A stretch of 57,014 bases of DNA from Eledone cirrhosa (GCA_964016885.1 CAXHJY010001230.1:1-57014); one strand, 5' to 3'; shown: positions 31,083-45,554, numbered from the stretch's first letter. A program made the numbers and translations. Notes: a model not told the origin generated them from the sequence alone.

Positions 31083-31252
31083 GTGCAGTAATGATTATGT
31101 TGTTAAGGAGTTCGTTTGGCAAGCATGAGGTTTTGGGTTCAATCCTCTGTGGTGTATACTTAGGACATGTATCTTTCAGTGAATCCTCGAATTGACCAAC
31201 CAATATACCTTACGGCTAGAATTTTCTTGACGGAAACTGTAGAAGCCAGGTG
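31083..31252 (+). mobile_element. Diverged tRNA-derived SINE family 3
   Basis: B-box gggttcaatcc and 3' gacggaaactgtagaagcc. Related to 47141-47492. Confidence 0.7.
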
Positions 31253-31344
31253 TTGTTTTCCATACAGTAACGGTTAAACTCACATGTAATAATTCTTTAC
31301 ACACATCTTACTGTGTAACACACTTCTCTGTGTGTAATACATTC

Positions 31345-31383
<39 letters not shown>

Positions 31384-31502
31384 ATTAGAAAGTAGAAAGT
31401 GAACAACACAAATTATAACAAAATGTTCACTTTCTAATTAAACAGCTCTGTTCTATACACAGAGCACTCTTTTCCTTTGCTTTTTCTTCGGAATTACCTA
31501 AC

Positions 31503-31640
<138 letters not shown>

Positions 31641-31877
31641 GTATATGTATATATATGTATATATATGTATATATATGTATATATATGTATATATATGTAT
31701 ATATATATATTTATATATATGTATATATATATATGTATATATATATATGTATATATATATATGTGTGTATATATATGTATTTATGTATATATATATGTAT
31801 TTATGTATATGTATGTATTTATATATATGTATATATGTATATATATGTATGTATATGTATATATATGTATGTATATG

Positions 31878-31908
<31 letters not shown>

Positions 31909-31985
31909 GTATATATATATATGCATATGTATATATATATATGTATATGTATATGTATATGTATGTATATATATATATATGTATG

Positions 31986-32062
<77 letters not shown>

Positions 32063-32287
32063 GTGAGTTTTTTTTTACAAAATGAAAAATAACCGAGGTG
32101 TCCTCCACGTGTGAAAGTATAAAGAAAAAAAGATGAAATCGAAAATGCAACTGGAGTCTTATTTTATAAAAAATATACATATTTATTTGGTTCCTTTACC
32201 TACCGGTTTCGCAGTTCTTCTGCTTTTCAAAAGTAGGGTTGAGATGGAGGGTCTGTGGTTTGTCTCACATATATATACATACATACA

Positions 32288-32353
<66 letters not shown>

Positions 32354-32488
32354 CATATATATGAATGTATGTATAGTATATTTGGCAATATACCGTATGT
32401 TTAATTTAAAACATTTAGAAGACCATACACTATCAGTTTTAAAGTAGTGACTATGTCACTTACTTCTTTTCGGCGAAAGAAGGGAGAG

Positions 32489-32532
32489 AAGCTGACAGTC
32501 TGTTTCACGCTGGTTGGCGATCATCAGAGCTT
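32489..32532 (-). ncRNA. Apparently intact minimal type-I hammerhead ribozyme
   Basis: The minus strand reads aagcu-CUGAUGA-u CGC caacca GCG u-GAAAC ag a cu GUC-agcuu. It has the full core, a GUC site, a 5-bp stem I and a near-palindromic stem III. Confidence 0.8.
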
Positions 32533-32554
32533 ATGGGTCCCTGGTTCAATCGGG

Positions 32555-32613
32555 AGTAACTCTATGCTGCAAAGCATGATGCCCGACTCTATCGATACTG
32601 CCAATCCACCGCC
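32555..32613 (-). mobile_element. SINE family 1 head fragment
   Basis: Reverse complement of ggcggtggattggcagtatcg...gcagcatagagttac. Confidence 0.85.
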
Positions 32614-32633
32614 CAACAGCCTCCAATAATAAT

Positions 32634-32762
32634 GGTTTCTAGTATAGGCACGAGGCCAGTAATTTGGGGCATGGGGAAGTCGATTAAATCTACCCCAGTG
32701 TATTACTGCTACTTTATTTTATCGACCCCTTAAGGATGAAAGGCAAAGTTACCCTCGGCGGT
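32634..32762 (-). mobile_element. SINE family 1 3' half
   Basis: Reverse complement of ccgccgagggtaactttgcctttcatcc...ggcctcgtgcc...tagaaac. Confidence 0.85.
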
Positions 32763-33156
32763 GGTAGAAGTAGTGGCAATAGTAGTAGTAGTAGTAGTGG
32801 CAGTAGTGGTGGTAGTAATAGTAGCAGTTGTAGTAGTAGTAGTAGCAGCAGTAGTAGTAGTTTAAAAGGCCAGGGGATTAATAAAAGTTTATAAAAAATA
32901 AAGAAAAATAAATAAATTTAATAAAATGCAATAAATTGCATTTGTCCATAAATTGTTGTTATTGTTGTTGTCATTATTGTTGTTGTTACTGTTGTTGTTG
33001 ACATTACTGTTTTGTTACTGTTGTGTTTGTTATCTTGTGGTTATTGCTGTTGTTACTGTTATTGTCATTTCTCTTGTCTTTGTTGTTGTTGATGATAATG
33101 ATGTTGTTGTCATTACTGTTATGTTGTTGTTGTTGCTGTTGTTGTCATTACTGTTA

Positions 33157-33189
<33 letters not shown>

Positions 33190-33761
33190 GTCAGTTTCTT
33201 TTTTTGTGTGTTTTGTTGTTGGTTAAATAGATTAATAATAATCCTTAGTAATTATCAAACCATCAATTGTTCAAACAGAATTAATCAAAGCAAGCAATGA
33301 ATTTAGATGAGAGAGAGAGAGGGGTGGAGAGAGTGGGGTAGATAGAGAGAGGGTGGAGAGAGAGAGAGAGACAGAGAGAGATGGAGGAAGAGAGAGTGGG
33401 TAGAGAGGGTAGGGGATAGATAGAGAAAGTAAAAAGAACGAATGAAAAAGAAAAGAGAGAGGGAGGTGAAGAGGGGGAGGTGGAGAGCGGGCAACAAATT
33501 AAATTAAAAGAAAAAAATCAATTAAGAAAAGAACAAGCGAAATGGCACTTTATCAATAACTTTTAGTTATTGATTTGTTTGTGTGTTTTTTGTTGTTGTT
33601 GTTTCTTGTTGGTTTTGTTTTGTTGTTTTCTAATTACTGTTTGTTTTATTGAAATTATCAGAGCAAGTCCCGCCATTCTTTTAGTGGAGAAACATTTTAT
33701 TTTATTAGAATTCTTGCAATGGAGGAGACTGTTAGGGGGGGGGGGGGGCTTGTGTGTGTGT

Positions 33762-33903
33762 GTGTGGTAGATGCGTTGTGTGTGTGTGTGGTAGATGCGT
33801 TGTGTGTGTATGGTAGATGCGTTGTGTGTGTGTGTATGGTAGATGCGTTGTGTGTGTGTGTATGGTAGATGCGTTGTGTGTGTGTGTGTGTGTGGTAGAT
33901 GCG
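33762..33903. repeat. tggtagatgcgt + (tg)n compound minisatellite, 6 copies
   Basis: Directly visible. Confidence 0.85.
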
Positions 33904-34125
33904 GGGAGTTGTGTGAGAGACGTTAATTGATAAAAAAAGTCACCGTATAAACACACAATGACCTCAATATCAACGTTTTACAATACATAACAGTCCCCCA
34001 TTGTTTAAAAAACACTGTTTATGAGACCCGGGAAAGACCTAAACAGTTTATTCGCCCTTCTACTCAATTGTGATGTTTTCAGAATAAGAGGAACAGCTTG
34101 AGGCTGAATAGTTTATCCCTTTATC

Positions 34126-34304
34126 GGATTGCCAGTATCGGTAGAGATTCGGACGCCATGCTTTGCAGCGTAGAATTACGGCCCTTTGCGGTCTGAGTTC
34201 AAATCCCTTCGAGGTTAACTTTGCCTTTCATACTTACGGGGTCGATAAAATAAAGTACCAGTAATGTACTGGGGTTATTGCTGGCCTTGTGCCTAAATTA
34301 GAAA
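34126..34304 (+). mobile_element. SINE family 1, near full length
   Basis: A-box-like head, B-box gagttcaaatcc, and body and tail colinear with 38029, 47221 and 49982. Confidence 0.9.
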
Positions 34305-34427
34305 TAATTATATATGATGATGATGATGATGATGATAATTAGTGATCGCGTGATGATGATGATGATGAAGACGAATGATAATCTATGATCACGTGATGAT
34401 GATGATGAATGATAATTAATACTCACG

Positions 34428-34471
<44 letters not shown>

Positions 34472-34622
34472 GATAATTAATATTGATGGTGATGATAATA
34501 TTTACAATTCTCTCCAATTCCCCCCCCCCCCTTCGATTCTGCATGCAGCACCTTACAGTCTCCCCACCTCCATATCCACCCATAGGGCAGCCATTACGCC
34601 TACTCTTAAGCAAGTATCTCAC

Positions 34623-34648
34623 CCCATTACTTCTATCAGCGAAATGTT
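34623..34648 (-). CDS. Putative microexon C (26 nt); (E)HFADRSNG
   Basis: The minus strand reads ...aattgtttccAG|aacatttcgctgatagaagtaatggg|GTGAGA. Phase 1-0. Confidence 0.45.
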
Positions 34649-34734
34649 CTGGAAACAATTTCACAAATTCCAGAGACTTTTAAAAGGATTAGAAACAAAG
34701 TGAAGATTTTCTTTAATTTTTCTGCTACGTTCTT

Positions 34735-35380
34735 CCCTCAACCTCCAGCCCCGGCCACCCCACCCTCTCCTCCCTCCCTCAACCTCCAGCCCCGGCCACC
34801 CCACCTTCGCCTCCCTCCCTCAACCTCCAGCCCCGGCCACCCCACCTTCGCCTCCCTCCCTCAACCTCCAGCCCCGGCCACCCCACCTTCGCCTCCCTCC
34901 CTCAACCTCCAGCCCCGGCCACCCCACCCTCGCCTCCCTCCCTCAACCTCCAACCCCGGCCACCCCACCCTCGCCTCCCTGCCTCAACCTCCAACCCCGG
35001 CCACCCCACCCTCGCCTCCCTCCCTCAACATCCAGCCCCGGCCACCCCACCCTCGCCTCCTTTTCTCAACCTCCAGCCCCGGCCACCCCACCCTCTCCTC
35101 CCTCCCTCAACCTCCAGCCCCGGCCACCCCACCCTCGCCTCCCTCCCTCAACCTCCAGCCCCGGCCACCCCACCCTCGCCTCCCTCCCTCAACATCCAGC
35201 CACGGCCACCCCACCCTCGCCTCCTTCTCTCAACCTCTAGCCCCGGCCACCCCACCTTCGCCTCCCTCCCTCAACATCCAGCCCCGGCCACCCCACCCTC
35301 GCCTCCTTCTCTCAACCTCCAGCCCCGGCCACCCCACCATCGCCTCCTTCTCTCAACCTCCAGCCCCGGCCACCCCACCT
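34735..35380. repeat. 41-bp C-rich minisatellite, about 15-16 copies
   Basis: Unit cctcaacctccagccccggccaccccaccctcgcctccctc recurs at 41-nt spacing. Confidence 0.95.
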
Positions 35381-35675
35381 CCCTCACTCCCCCCTCACCC
35401 TCCACCCTCCACCCTCACACCATCTCCTCCCCCTCCTCCTCCTCACCTGCCCCCTCTCACCTTTTCACTCTCCCCCTACCACAACCGTTCTTGTACTAAT
35501 CATTATTACCATCATTATCATCATCGTTGTCATAATCACTGTTGTTATCACCCTACTCATCATCATCATCATCAGCAGCAGCAGCATTGCTATCAACATC
35601 TTTATCGCCGCTGTCATCATTAAATCACCATCTTTTTTTCTGATAATAATAATAATATAACAATAACAATAATGA

Positions 35676-35846
35676 TTTCTACTACAGGCACAAGGCCAGC
35701 AATTTGGGGGAGGGGGAAGTTCATTAAATCGACTCCAGTGTATTACTGGTAATTTATTTTATCGCCCCCGTAAAGATGAAAGGCAAAGTTAACCATGGTG
35801 GGATTTGAACTCAGAGCGTAAAGGGCCGTAACTCTATTCTGCCAAA
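35676..35846 (-). mobile_element. SINE family 1, 5'-truncated
   Basis: Reverse complement of the family-1 B-box, body and tail. Confidence 0.9.
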
Positions 35847-35925
35847 TAATTTCTTCATAATTGGCCACAAGGGCCGAATATAGAGGACGATACAAAGACA
35901 GGGGACAGTGGGGGAGGGGGTTACA

Positions 35926-36990
35926 TCACCACCACCACCGCTACCACCACTTCTACCACCACAACCACCACAGCCACCACCACCACCAATACCACCACCA
36001 CCACCACCACTACCACCACTTCTACCACCACAACCACCACAGCCACCACCACCACCAATACCACCACCACCACCACCACTACCACCACTTTTACCACCAC
36101 AACCACCACAGCCACCACCACCACCAATACCACCACCACCACCACCGCTACCACCACTTCTACCACCACAACCACCACAGCCACCACCACCACCAATACC
36201 ACCACCACCACCACCACTACCACCACTTCTACCACCACAACCACCACAGCCACCACCACCATCAATACCACCACCACCACCACCACTACCACCACTTCTA
36301 CCACCACAACCACCACAGCCACCACCACCACCAATACCACCACCACCACCACCACTACCACCACTTTTACCACCACAACCACCACAGCCACCACCACCAC
36401 CAATACCACCACCACCACCACCGCTACCACCACTTCTACCACCACAACCACCACAGCCACCACCACCACCAATACCACCACCACCACCACCGCTACCACC
36501 ACTTCTACCACCACAACCACCACAGCCACCACCACCACCAATACCACCACCACCACCACCACTACCACCACTTCTACCACCACAACCACCACAACCACCA
36601 CAGCCACCACCACCACCAATACCACCACCACCACCACCACCAATACCACCACCACCACCACCGCTACCACCACTTCTACCACCACAACCACCACAGCCAC
36701 CACCACCACCAATACCACCACCACCACCACCACTACCACCACTTCTACCACCACAACCACCACAACCACCACAGCCACCACCACCACCAATACCACCACC
36801 ACCACCACCACCAATACCACCACCACCACCACCGCTACCACCACTTCTACCACCACAACCACCACAGCCACCACCACCACCAATACCACCACCACCACCA
36901 CCACCACCACCACCACCACCACTACCACCACTTCTACCACCACAACCACCACAGCCACCACCACCACGACAACCACCAACACCACCTTTA
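35926..36990. repeat. (CCA)n-derived 69-bp higher-order repeat
   Basis: Variant triplets cta, ctt, caa, cag and ata recur with a 23-codon period. Confidence 0.9.
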
Positions 36991-37379
36991 ACACACTGTT
37001 CTACACCCCCGCTCCAACCATGACCACCACCGGACACCAGTACCACCTTTTAACACATTCTTCTATACACCCCACACTCCAACCCACCCACCATCACAAA
37101 TACCAGCCCATACCACTGGTAAACTCCCCCACCCCAAACCTCCATCCCCAAACTCCCACAACACTCCCACCACCACCACCAATAGTCGTGGTGGTCATGA
37201 CAGTGGTGCTGGTGGTGGCTTATTATATTCCTTTTTATCCTCCAACCTCCACCTCTTACACCAAACACACCCGCTACCTTCGTTTCGAAATATGAAATGT
37301 CCATTGGTAATTATTTTCCCCTCCTGGGACACATCACTCCTATTAGCAAACTGGATTTTCCAACTTGTTTCCTCCACCA

Positions 37380-37439
<60 letters not shown>

Positions 37440-37550
37440 GGGTGGTGGTGGTGGTAGTAGTAATTGTAGTAGCAGTAGTACTGGTGGTGGTGGTAGCAGT
37501 AGTAGTAGTAGTAGTTTTTTTTGTTCTTTTTTTTCACTTTCATATATTTC

Positions 37551-37597
<47 letters not shown>

Positions 37598-37849
37598 TAT
37601 ATATATATTATATATATACATACATATATACATACGCATTACACATATATATATAAACATTACATATATATATATACACACACATTACATATATATATAC
37701 ATACGCATTACATATATATATACACACACATTACATATATATATATACACACACATTACATATATATATACACACACATTACATATATATATACACACAC
37801 ATTACATATATATATACATACGCTTTACATATATATATACATACATATT

Positions 37850-37919
<70 letters not shown>

Positions 37920-38028
37920 TATGTATATATGTTACTTTGTCCTAATATCGTTCTACACAGATCTGTTCTGTGGTATTTTCCTTGTCTATTGTTGTTGCCT
38001 TTGTTGTTGTTGTTATTATTATTATTTT

Positions 38029-38214
38029 GATGGTGGATTGGCAGTATCGGTAGAGGGTCGCACGCCATGCTTTGCAGCAAAGAGTTACGGCCCTTGCCAT
38101 TCTGAGTTCAAATCCCGCCGAGGTTAACTTTGCCTTTCATCCTTACGGGGTCGTTAAAATAAAGTACCAGTAATGCACTGGGATAATTGCTGGCCTTGTG
38201 CCAAAATTAGAAAC
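38029..38214 (+). mobile_element. SINE family 1, full length
   Basis: Colinear with 49982-50167. Confidence 0.9.
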
Positions 38215-38274
38215 ACTTGTCCTTAATGTCCTTAATGTCTACTTTATGTAAACCCTTGTGGTTAATAAAGAAAA

Positions 38275-38337
<63 letters not shown>

Positions 38338-38745
38338 CATCATTGGTCGCCATGTTGCTGATCTTGATGTTCTTGGCAGATTTTATTTGTAGCATTCTTC
38401 TTGTTGTTGCCATTGTTGTTATTATTATTGATGTATTTTTATTATTATTATTGTTGTTGTTAATTGTTTACATATATCCTCCACCTCCACCACCTCCACC
38501 TCCACCACCTCCACCTCCTCCACCTCCACCACACCTTAATCTTTATTTATTTATTTATTTATTTATTTATTGTAACGTTCAGTCCGTGCTAGGGTTGTTT
38601 ATGTCACCTGCGATGTTCTAAACTTGTCACGAACTCTCGTGTGAGATGCTGGGTCAGCTGTTTCGTGTGTTGGACCCATCACACGACTAATTGAGTCTTT
38701 CGGGGATATCATGCCGAAATATTGTATTTTATTTTATTTCATTTC

Positions 38746-38794
<49 letters not shown>

Positions 38795-38883
38795 TACATA
38801 TATATCAACATATACATATATATATGAACATATACATATATATATATACATGCATATATATATGTACACACACATATATATAT

Positions 38884-38951
<68 letters not shown>

Positions 38952-38990
38952 CACATATATACATATATACTAACATATACATATATATAC

Positions 38991-39024
<34 letters not shown>

Positions 39025-39499
39025 ATATACATACATATATATATGTATATATATATATATATATATATAACTATATATATACATACATATATATTTATAT
39101 ATATATACATATATATATATATAACTATATATACACATATACATATATACATACACATATATATATTATTCGCTTTTGGGGGAGAGAGAGGGGATGGGGT
39201 CTTTTTCCACCAAATGATTCAACGGCAATGGTAAATACATAAGGGACAACATCGCATGCGACTACAACTTAAAACCGAAACTGAATCCTAAAACCTCCAT
39301 TGCAGTTCGTCGCTACATTTCTCCTGTCAAGCAATATTAAGGCGAGATGGCTTTCCTTCATCATTTTGGCTTTTGCTCTGCTTTTTCCTTGTACAATAAT
39401 TTTAGTTTTTATTTTTGATCTTTTTTTCTTGTTATTTATTTGTTACTTTCTTTGATTCTTGATCTTCCTTTTTATTTGTTTTATTTATTTGTATTTTTG

Positions 39500-39833
39500 T
39501 TTGGTTGGTTGGTTGTTGGTTGTTGGTTGTTGGTTGTTGGTTGTTGGTTGGTTGGTTGTTGGTTGTTGGTTGTTGGTTGGTTGGTTGGTTGGTTGTTGGT
39601 TGTTGGTTGGTTGGTTGGTTGGTTGCTGGTTGTTGGTTGTTGGTTGTTGGTTGGTTGGTTGTTGGTTGTTGGTTGTTGGTTGGTTGGTTGGTTGGTTGGT
39701 TGGTTGTTGGTTGTTGGTTGGTTGGTTGTTGGTTGGTTGGTTGTTGGTTGTTGGTTGTTGGTTGGTTGGTTGCTGGTTGTTGGTTGGTTGGTTGCTGGTT
39801 GTTGGTTGTTGGTTGTTGGTTGTTGGTTGGTTG
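39500..39833. repeat. Mixed (GGTT)/(GTT) microsatellite
   Basis: Directly visible. Confidence 0.9.
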
Positions 39834-39870
39834 AAAGAATTGTAGTATAATACTGCGGGCATCTTTTGCT

Positions 39871-40742
39871 CAGTATGACTGCCTGAACCACAGTTTGACT
39901 GGCTGAAACACAGTTTGACTGGCTGAAACACAGTTTGATTGCTTGAACCACAATTTGACTAGCTGAACCACAGTTTGACTGCCTGAACCACAGTTTGACT
40001 GGCTGAAACACAGTTTGATTGCTTGAACCACAATTTGACTAGCTGAACCACAGTTTGACTGGCTGAACCACAGTATGACTGCCTGAACCACAGTCTGACT
40101 GCCTGAACCACAGTTTGACTGATTGAACCACAGTTTGATTGAATGAACCACAGTTTGACTGCCTGAACCACAATTTGACTGCCTGAACCACAGTCTGACT
40201 GCCTGAACCACAGTTTGACTGGCTGAACCACAGTTTGATTGCCTGAACCACAATTTGACTGCCTGAACCACAGTTTGACTAGCTGAACCACAGTTTGACT
40301 GCCTGAACTACAGTTTGACTGCCTGAACCACAGTTTGACTGCCTGAACTACAGTTTGACTGCCTGAACCACAGTTTGGCTGCCTGAACCACAGTTTGACT
40401 GTATGAACCACAGTATGATTGCCTGAACCACAGTTTGACTGCCTGAACCACAGTTTGACTGCCTGAACCACAGTTTGACTGCCTGAACCACAGTTTGACT
40501 GTCTGAACCACAGTTTGACTGCCTGAACCACAGTTTGACTGCCTGAACCACAGTTTGACTGCCTGAACCACGATTTGACTGCCTGAACCACAGTTTGACC
40601 AGCTGAACCACAGTTTGACTGCCTGAACCACGATTTGACTGCTTGATTCACAGTTTGACTGCCTGAACTACAGTTTGACTGCCTGAACCACGGTTTGACT
40701 GCCTGAACCACAGTTTCACTGCCTAAACCAAAGTTTGACTGA
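39871..40742. repeat. 20-bp minisatellite (gcctgaaccacagtttgact), about 43 copies
   Basis: Exact 20-nt register with substitutions only and no indels. Confidence 0.97.
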
Positions 40743-41180
40743 CTGTATGCTCGCCTGAATACATAGCAAGATTACTGATCGGGTGGATGGCAGGCTGGCT
40801 GGCTCGCTATATGGATCGATGGCTGGCTAGATGGATGTATGTATGGTTGGATGGATGGCTAGATGGATGGATGGATGGATGGATGGATGGCTATCTGACT
40901 GGTTGGATAGCAGGTTGTGCGTCGGGCTGCATGTCTGGTTGTATGTTTGCCTAAGAGTCTTATCGTCTGGATGAGAAGTTAGTTGTCTGTTGGGCTTGTT
41001 GGGTGGCTGAGAGATGTTTATCTTTCTGGCTGAGAGGGTGGATGTGGCTGAGAGGTTAGAGAATGTTTAGAGAATGACCCTCTTGTGTCGATGACCCTAT
41101 GATAAACAGACGAAACTCCACAGTAACTAGACGCACTATTTAGCCTTAATAAAACATGCATATATATATATATATATATA

Positions 41181-41442
41181 AGGGCGGAGGAAAGGCCCCC
41201 AGTTGTTGTCAAAACACCTTTCTAGGAGAGAGAAACTCTGAAAAAAAAACCTGCGGCTTCGGAAGCATCCGGTGATGTTGACCAGTTCCCCTTTTTGGGT
41301 AGTGTTTTCGGTGCTCAGAGAGTTGGATTGGTCGAGTGCAAGGCCTTTCCTCAATTGAAAAACCTGCAAAGCACAGACATTGCTTGTTTAGGATCTGTTA
41401 CAAGCGATTGCAATGCTCTTAGCAGAGTCTGCAGCCATCATG
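41181..41442 (+). mobile_element. RTE-like LINE 5' fragment, third copy
   Basis: Colinear with 4303-4540, with internal indels. Confidence 0.6.
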
Positions 41443-41594
41443 AATATACATATGTGTGTATGTATATATATATATATATGTGTGTTTGTATGTATATATG
41501 TGTGTTTGTATGTATATATATGTGTGTTTATATGTATATATATGTGTGTGTATGCATATATATGTGTGTGTGTGTATATATACGTGTGTCTGTG

Positions 41595-41651
<57 letters not shown>

Positions 41652-42099
41652 ATATATGTGTGTGTATATGTATATATATATATGTGTGTGTGTGTATGTA
41701 TATATATATGTGTGTGTATGTATATATATATGTGTGTGTATGTATATATATATGTGTGTGTATGTATATATATATATATATATGTGTATGTATATATATA
41801 TATATGTGTGTATGTATACACATATATATATATGTGTGTGTGTATGTATATATATATATATGTGTGTGTGTGTGTATGTATGTATGTATATATATATATA
41901 TGTGTGTGTGTATGTATATATATATATATGTGTGTGTATGTATATATATATATATATACCCATATATACATATATATGAACTGAGGGCCATATTTGCCGT
42001 TCGTTAACAATATATATACAATATAGCGAGACTCCTAATCCTATAACATAATAAATATGTCCGCTTTTATTTAATATGGCGTCCCTGTAATCTGTTGGT

Positions 42100-42162
42100 T
42101 AACGTGTTTAGTACCCGGTCTGGGACATGTAACGTGTTTAGTACCCGGTCTGGGACATGTAA
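42100..42162. repeat. Perfect 30-bp tandem duplication
   Basis: taacgtgtttagtacccggtctgggacatg occurs twice. Confidence 0.95.
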
Positions 42163-42220
42163 TGAGCTAAATGAGGAACACTGACGAACAACATTTGTTC
42201 ATCAACGTCATCCTCAATAC

Positions 42221-42276
<56 letters not shown>

Positions 42277-42454
42277 CCATCGTCACCATCGTCACCACCA
42301 TCATCATCATCATTATCATCATCAGCAACAGCATCATCACCACCACCATCATCATCATCATTATCATCACCATCGTCACCATCATCATCATTATCATTAT
42401 CACCATCGTCATCATGTATGTATGTATGTATATGCACATGCATATATACGAGTG

Positions 42455-42489
<35 letters not shown>

Positions 42490-42929
42490 TCTGAAAGTAA
42501 TTGCAGGCAAGATTCTCTATCACTAAATAAACACACACACACACACACGCGCGCGCGCACACAAACACAAACACACACTCACAAACACACACACAGACAC
42601 ACTCACAAACACACACACAAACACACACACGTTCAAATATTAGATCTCCATATGTGCAATTTTCTATTTATGTGCTTGGAATTCGTGGTGAGTTGCACAA
42701 AACTTGTTTATTATTATTTTGGGGATTTTTGCATTTTTAAGCATTCTCCTTTCACCCACCATCAAATGCCCCCCCCCCCACAAACACACACACCACAGCA
42801 CGAACCCCCACCCACCCGTACATACACCAAATACACACATGCAGCACACACATTAAACACACACACACATCAGCACCCCACACACACATACACACACAAA
42901 ACCGAACAAACACCAAACTATTCAAACAA

Positions 42930-42960
<31 letters not shown>

Positions 42961-43418
42961 AAACCCACCAAAGATACTCACTCACACCAAGTCCATCACA
43001 CATACACACACACATACACATCACCACACACACACACACACAGACACAGAAACACACACTTTAATTTTTTTTTCTTGTTACCTATATCGTTGGTTAATTG
43101 TATATAATTGAAACTAAACAGGCTCAAAAATGATATGGCAGTATTGTATTATATTAGCGGGAAGTGGAAGAGAAGGGAGATAAATAGTGGAATACGGAAG
43201 AGGAGAGAGGCGTTTGAAATATAGGATATAGTATTATATTAGCAGGAGGCGGAAAAGGAAAAGAGCAGAAGAGAAATATAATATATACAATCATTGATAT
43301 TATATTTTAGATGTTAGTAATAAAGTGATATCTGGCTGTGTAGATATATAAGTGGATTAACTAGATTAATAAATTATATAATGTAATTGAGGATAATATA
43401 AAAGTATAGCTGCAATAT

Positions 43419-43477
<59 letters not shown>

Positions 43478-43532
43478 AATGTGTGTGTGCATGTATATAT
43501 ATATATATATATGTATGTATAATGTGTGTGTG

Positions 43533-43611
<79 letters not shown>

Positions 43612-43888
43612 CTTTATACGTATATATAAATATATATATACATATATATATATACTTTTTGTTTTGCGAGGTTTTTTATATGAAGTCGTGTGTCGAATCA
43701 AATATTGTTATACTTGGGGAGGGTCATATTGTAATAATATTGCCAGAAATAATAACAGAACACACTCACTGTTGGGTTGGTTTTCGCTCCTGTATCTTTT
43801 ATATCTCCACAGTTATTTGATTTGGCCATCATTGTTTACCATTGACTGACCAACGGTCAAAAATACAGATATAAACACATATATATAT

Positions 43889-43938
43889 AGTCCAACAACG
43901 TTCTTTCGTTGCACATCTGCAACATCATCAGTGGTACT
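43889..43938 (-). ncRNA. Decayed hammerhead motif
   Basis: The minus strand reads cca-CUGAUGA-u GUUGCA gaug UGCAAC-GAAA-gAACGUUgu-ugg. Stem II is perfect, stem III is mismatched and the cleavage nucleotide appears missing. Confidence 0.6.
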
Positions 43939-44242
43939 ATTATGTTCCTCCTGTTGTATATTATATCTAGACTATTTTTATTTTATCTGTTTATTTATTT
44001 ATTAATTTTTGTCTTCTTCTCTGCGCATGCGTTTGCATTGTGTATAGTGTTTGGTGTGTGTTCGCGTTTGGGTGACTGTGTTTTGGTTATTGTATTCTAC
44101 CTTAGTTTAATAGTGTCTGTTTATATGTGTTTGTTGTTATTGTGCTTGTGTATATATTTATTTATTTATTTATTTATATTTCTCTTAAGTCAGTATTGTC
44201 TGTTTGGGTGTTGTTGTTATTCCATTCAGTGAGTATGTTCTG

Positions 44243-44586
<344 letters not shown>

Positions 44587-44696
44587 TATATACTTATATA
44601 TATACGTATTTATATATATATATATATTTATATATATATACTTATATATATATATATATTTAAATATTTATATATATATACTTATATATATATACT

Positions 44697-44727
<31 letters not shown>

Positions 44728-45017
44728 ATATTTATATATTTATATATATATATTTATATATATATTTATATTTTTATATATATATATTTATATATATATA
44801 TTTATATATATATATATATTTATTTATATATTTATATATATATATATTTATTCATATATATATATATTTATTTATATATTTATATATATATATTTATTTA
44901 TATATATATATATTTATTTATAATATATATATATTTATTTATATATTTATTTATATATATATATATTTATTTATATATTTATATATATATATATTTATTT
45001 ATATATATATATTTATA

Positions 45018-45065
<48 letters not shown>

Positions 45066-45371
45066 AAAAACATGAGAAGAAAGAATACTGCGTGGTTGGG
45101 CATGGGTTACATATGATAAAAATAGTCCTTCGTCAGTGATTTTCCAGCCTTCATTGGTATTACATCGCTTTAAATATCATATACCTCCGGTTGGTGCGAG
45201 CAATGGCTAAATAAAGCTATTGGGACAAGTAGATCGCGTAAAGCGAGCGAGACAGTAAACAACAGGGAAGGATAGCAACGCAAATATAGGAAAAAACAAG
45301 CAGCATGGGAATCCGGTCAGCTTAAGCTGGGTGGATTTCATGAGCGAGAGAGATATACAGACCGTCCGGCG

Positions 45372-45438
<67 letters not shown>

Positions 45439-45482
45439 ATATATTTATATATATTTATGTATACATATATGTATATGTATGT

Positions 45483-45554
<72 letters not shown>

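Noticed and set aside
34700-35623. 307-aa Pro-rich ORF
   Set aside because: It is a by-product of a 41-bp repeat, not a multiple of 3, cycling through frames.
39871-40742. 20-bp array as a possible CRISPR
   Set aside because: The units are contiguous with no unique spacers, there are no cas genes, and the context is eukaryotic.
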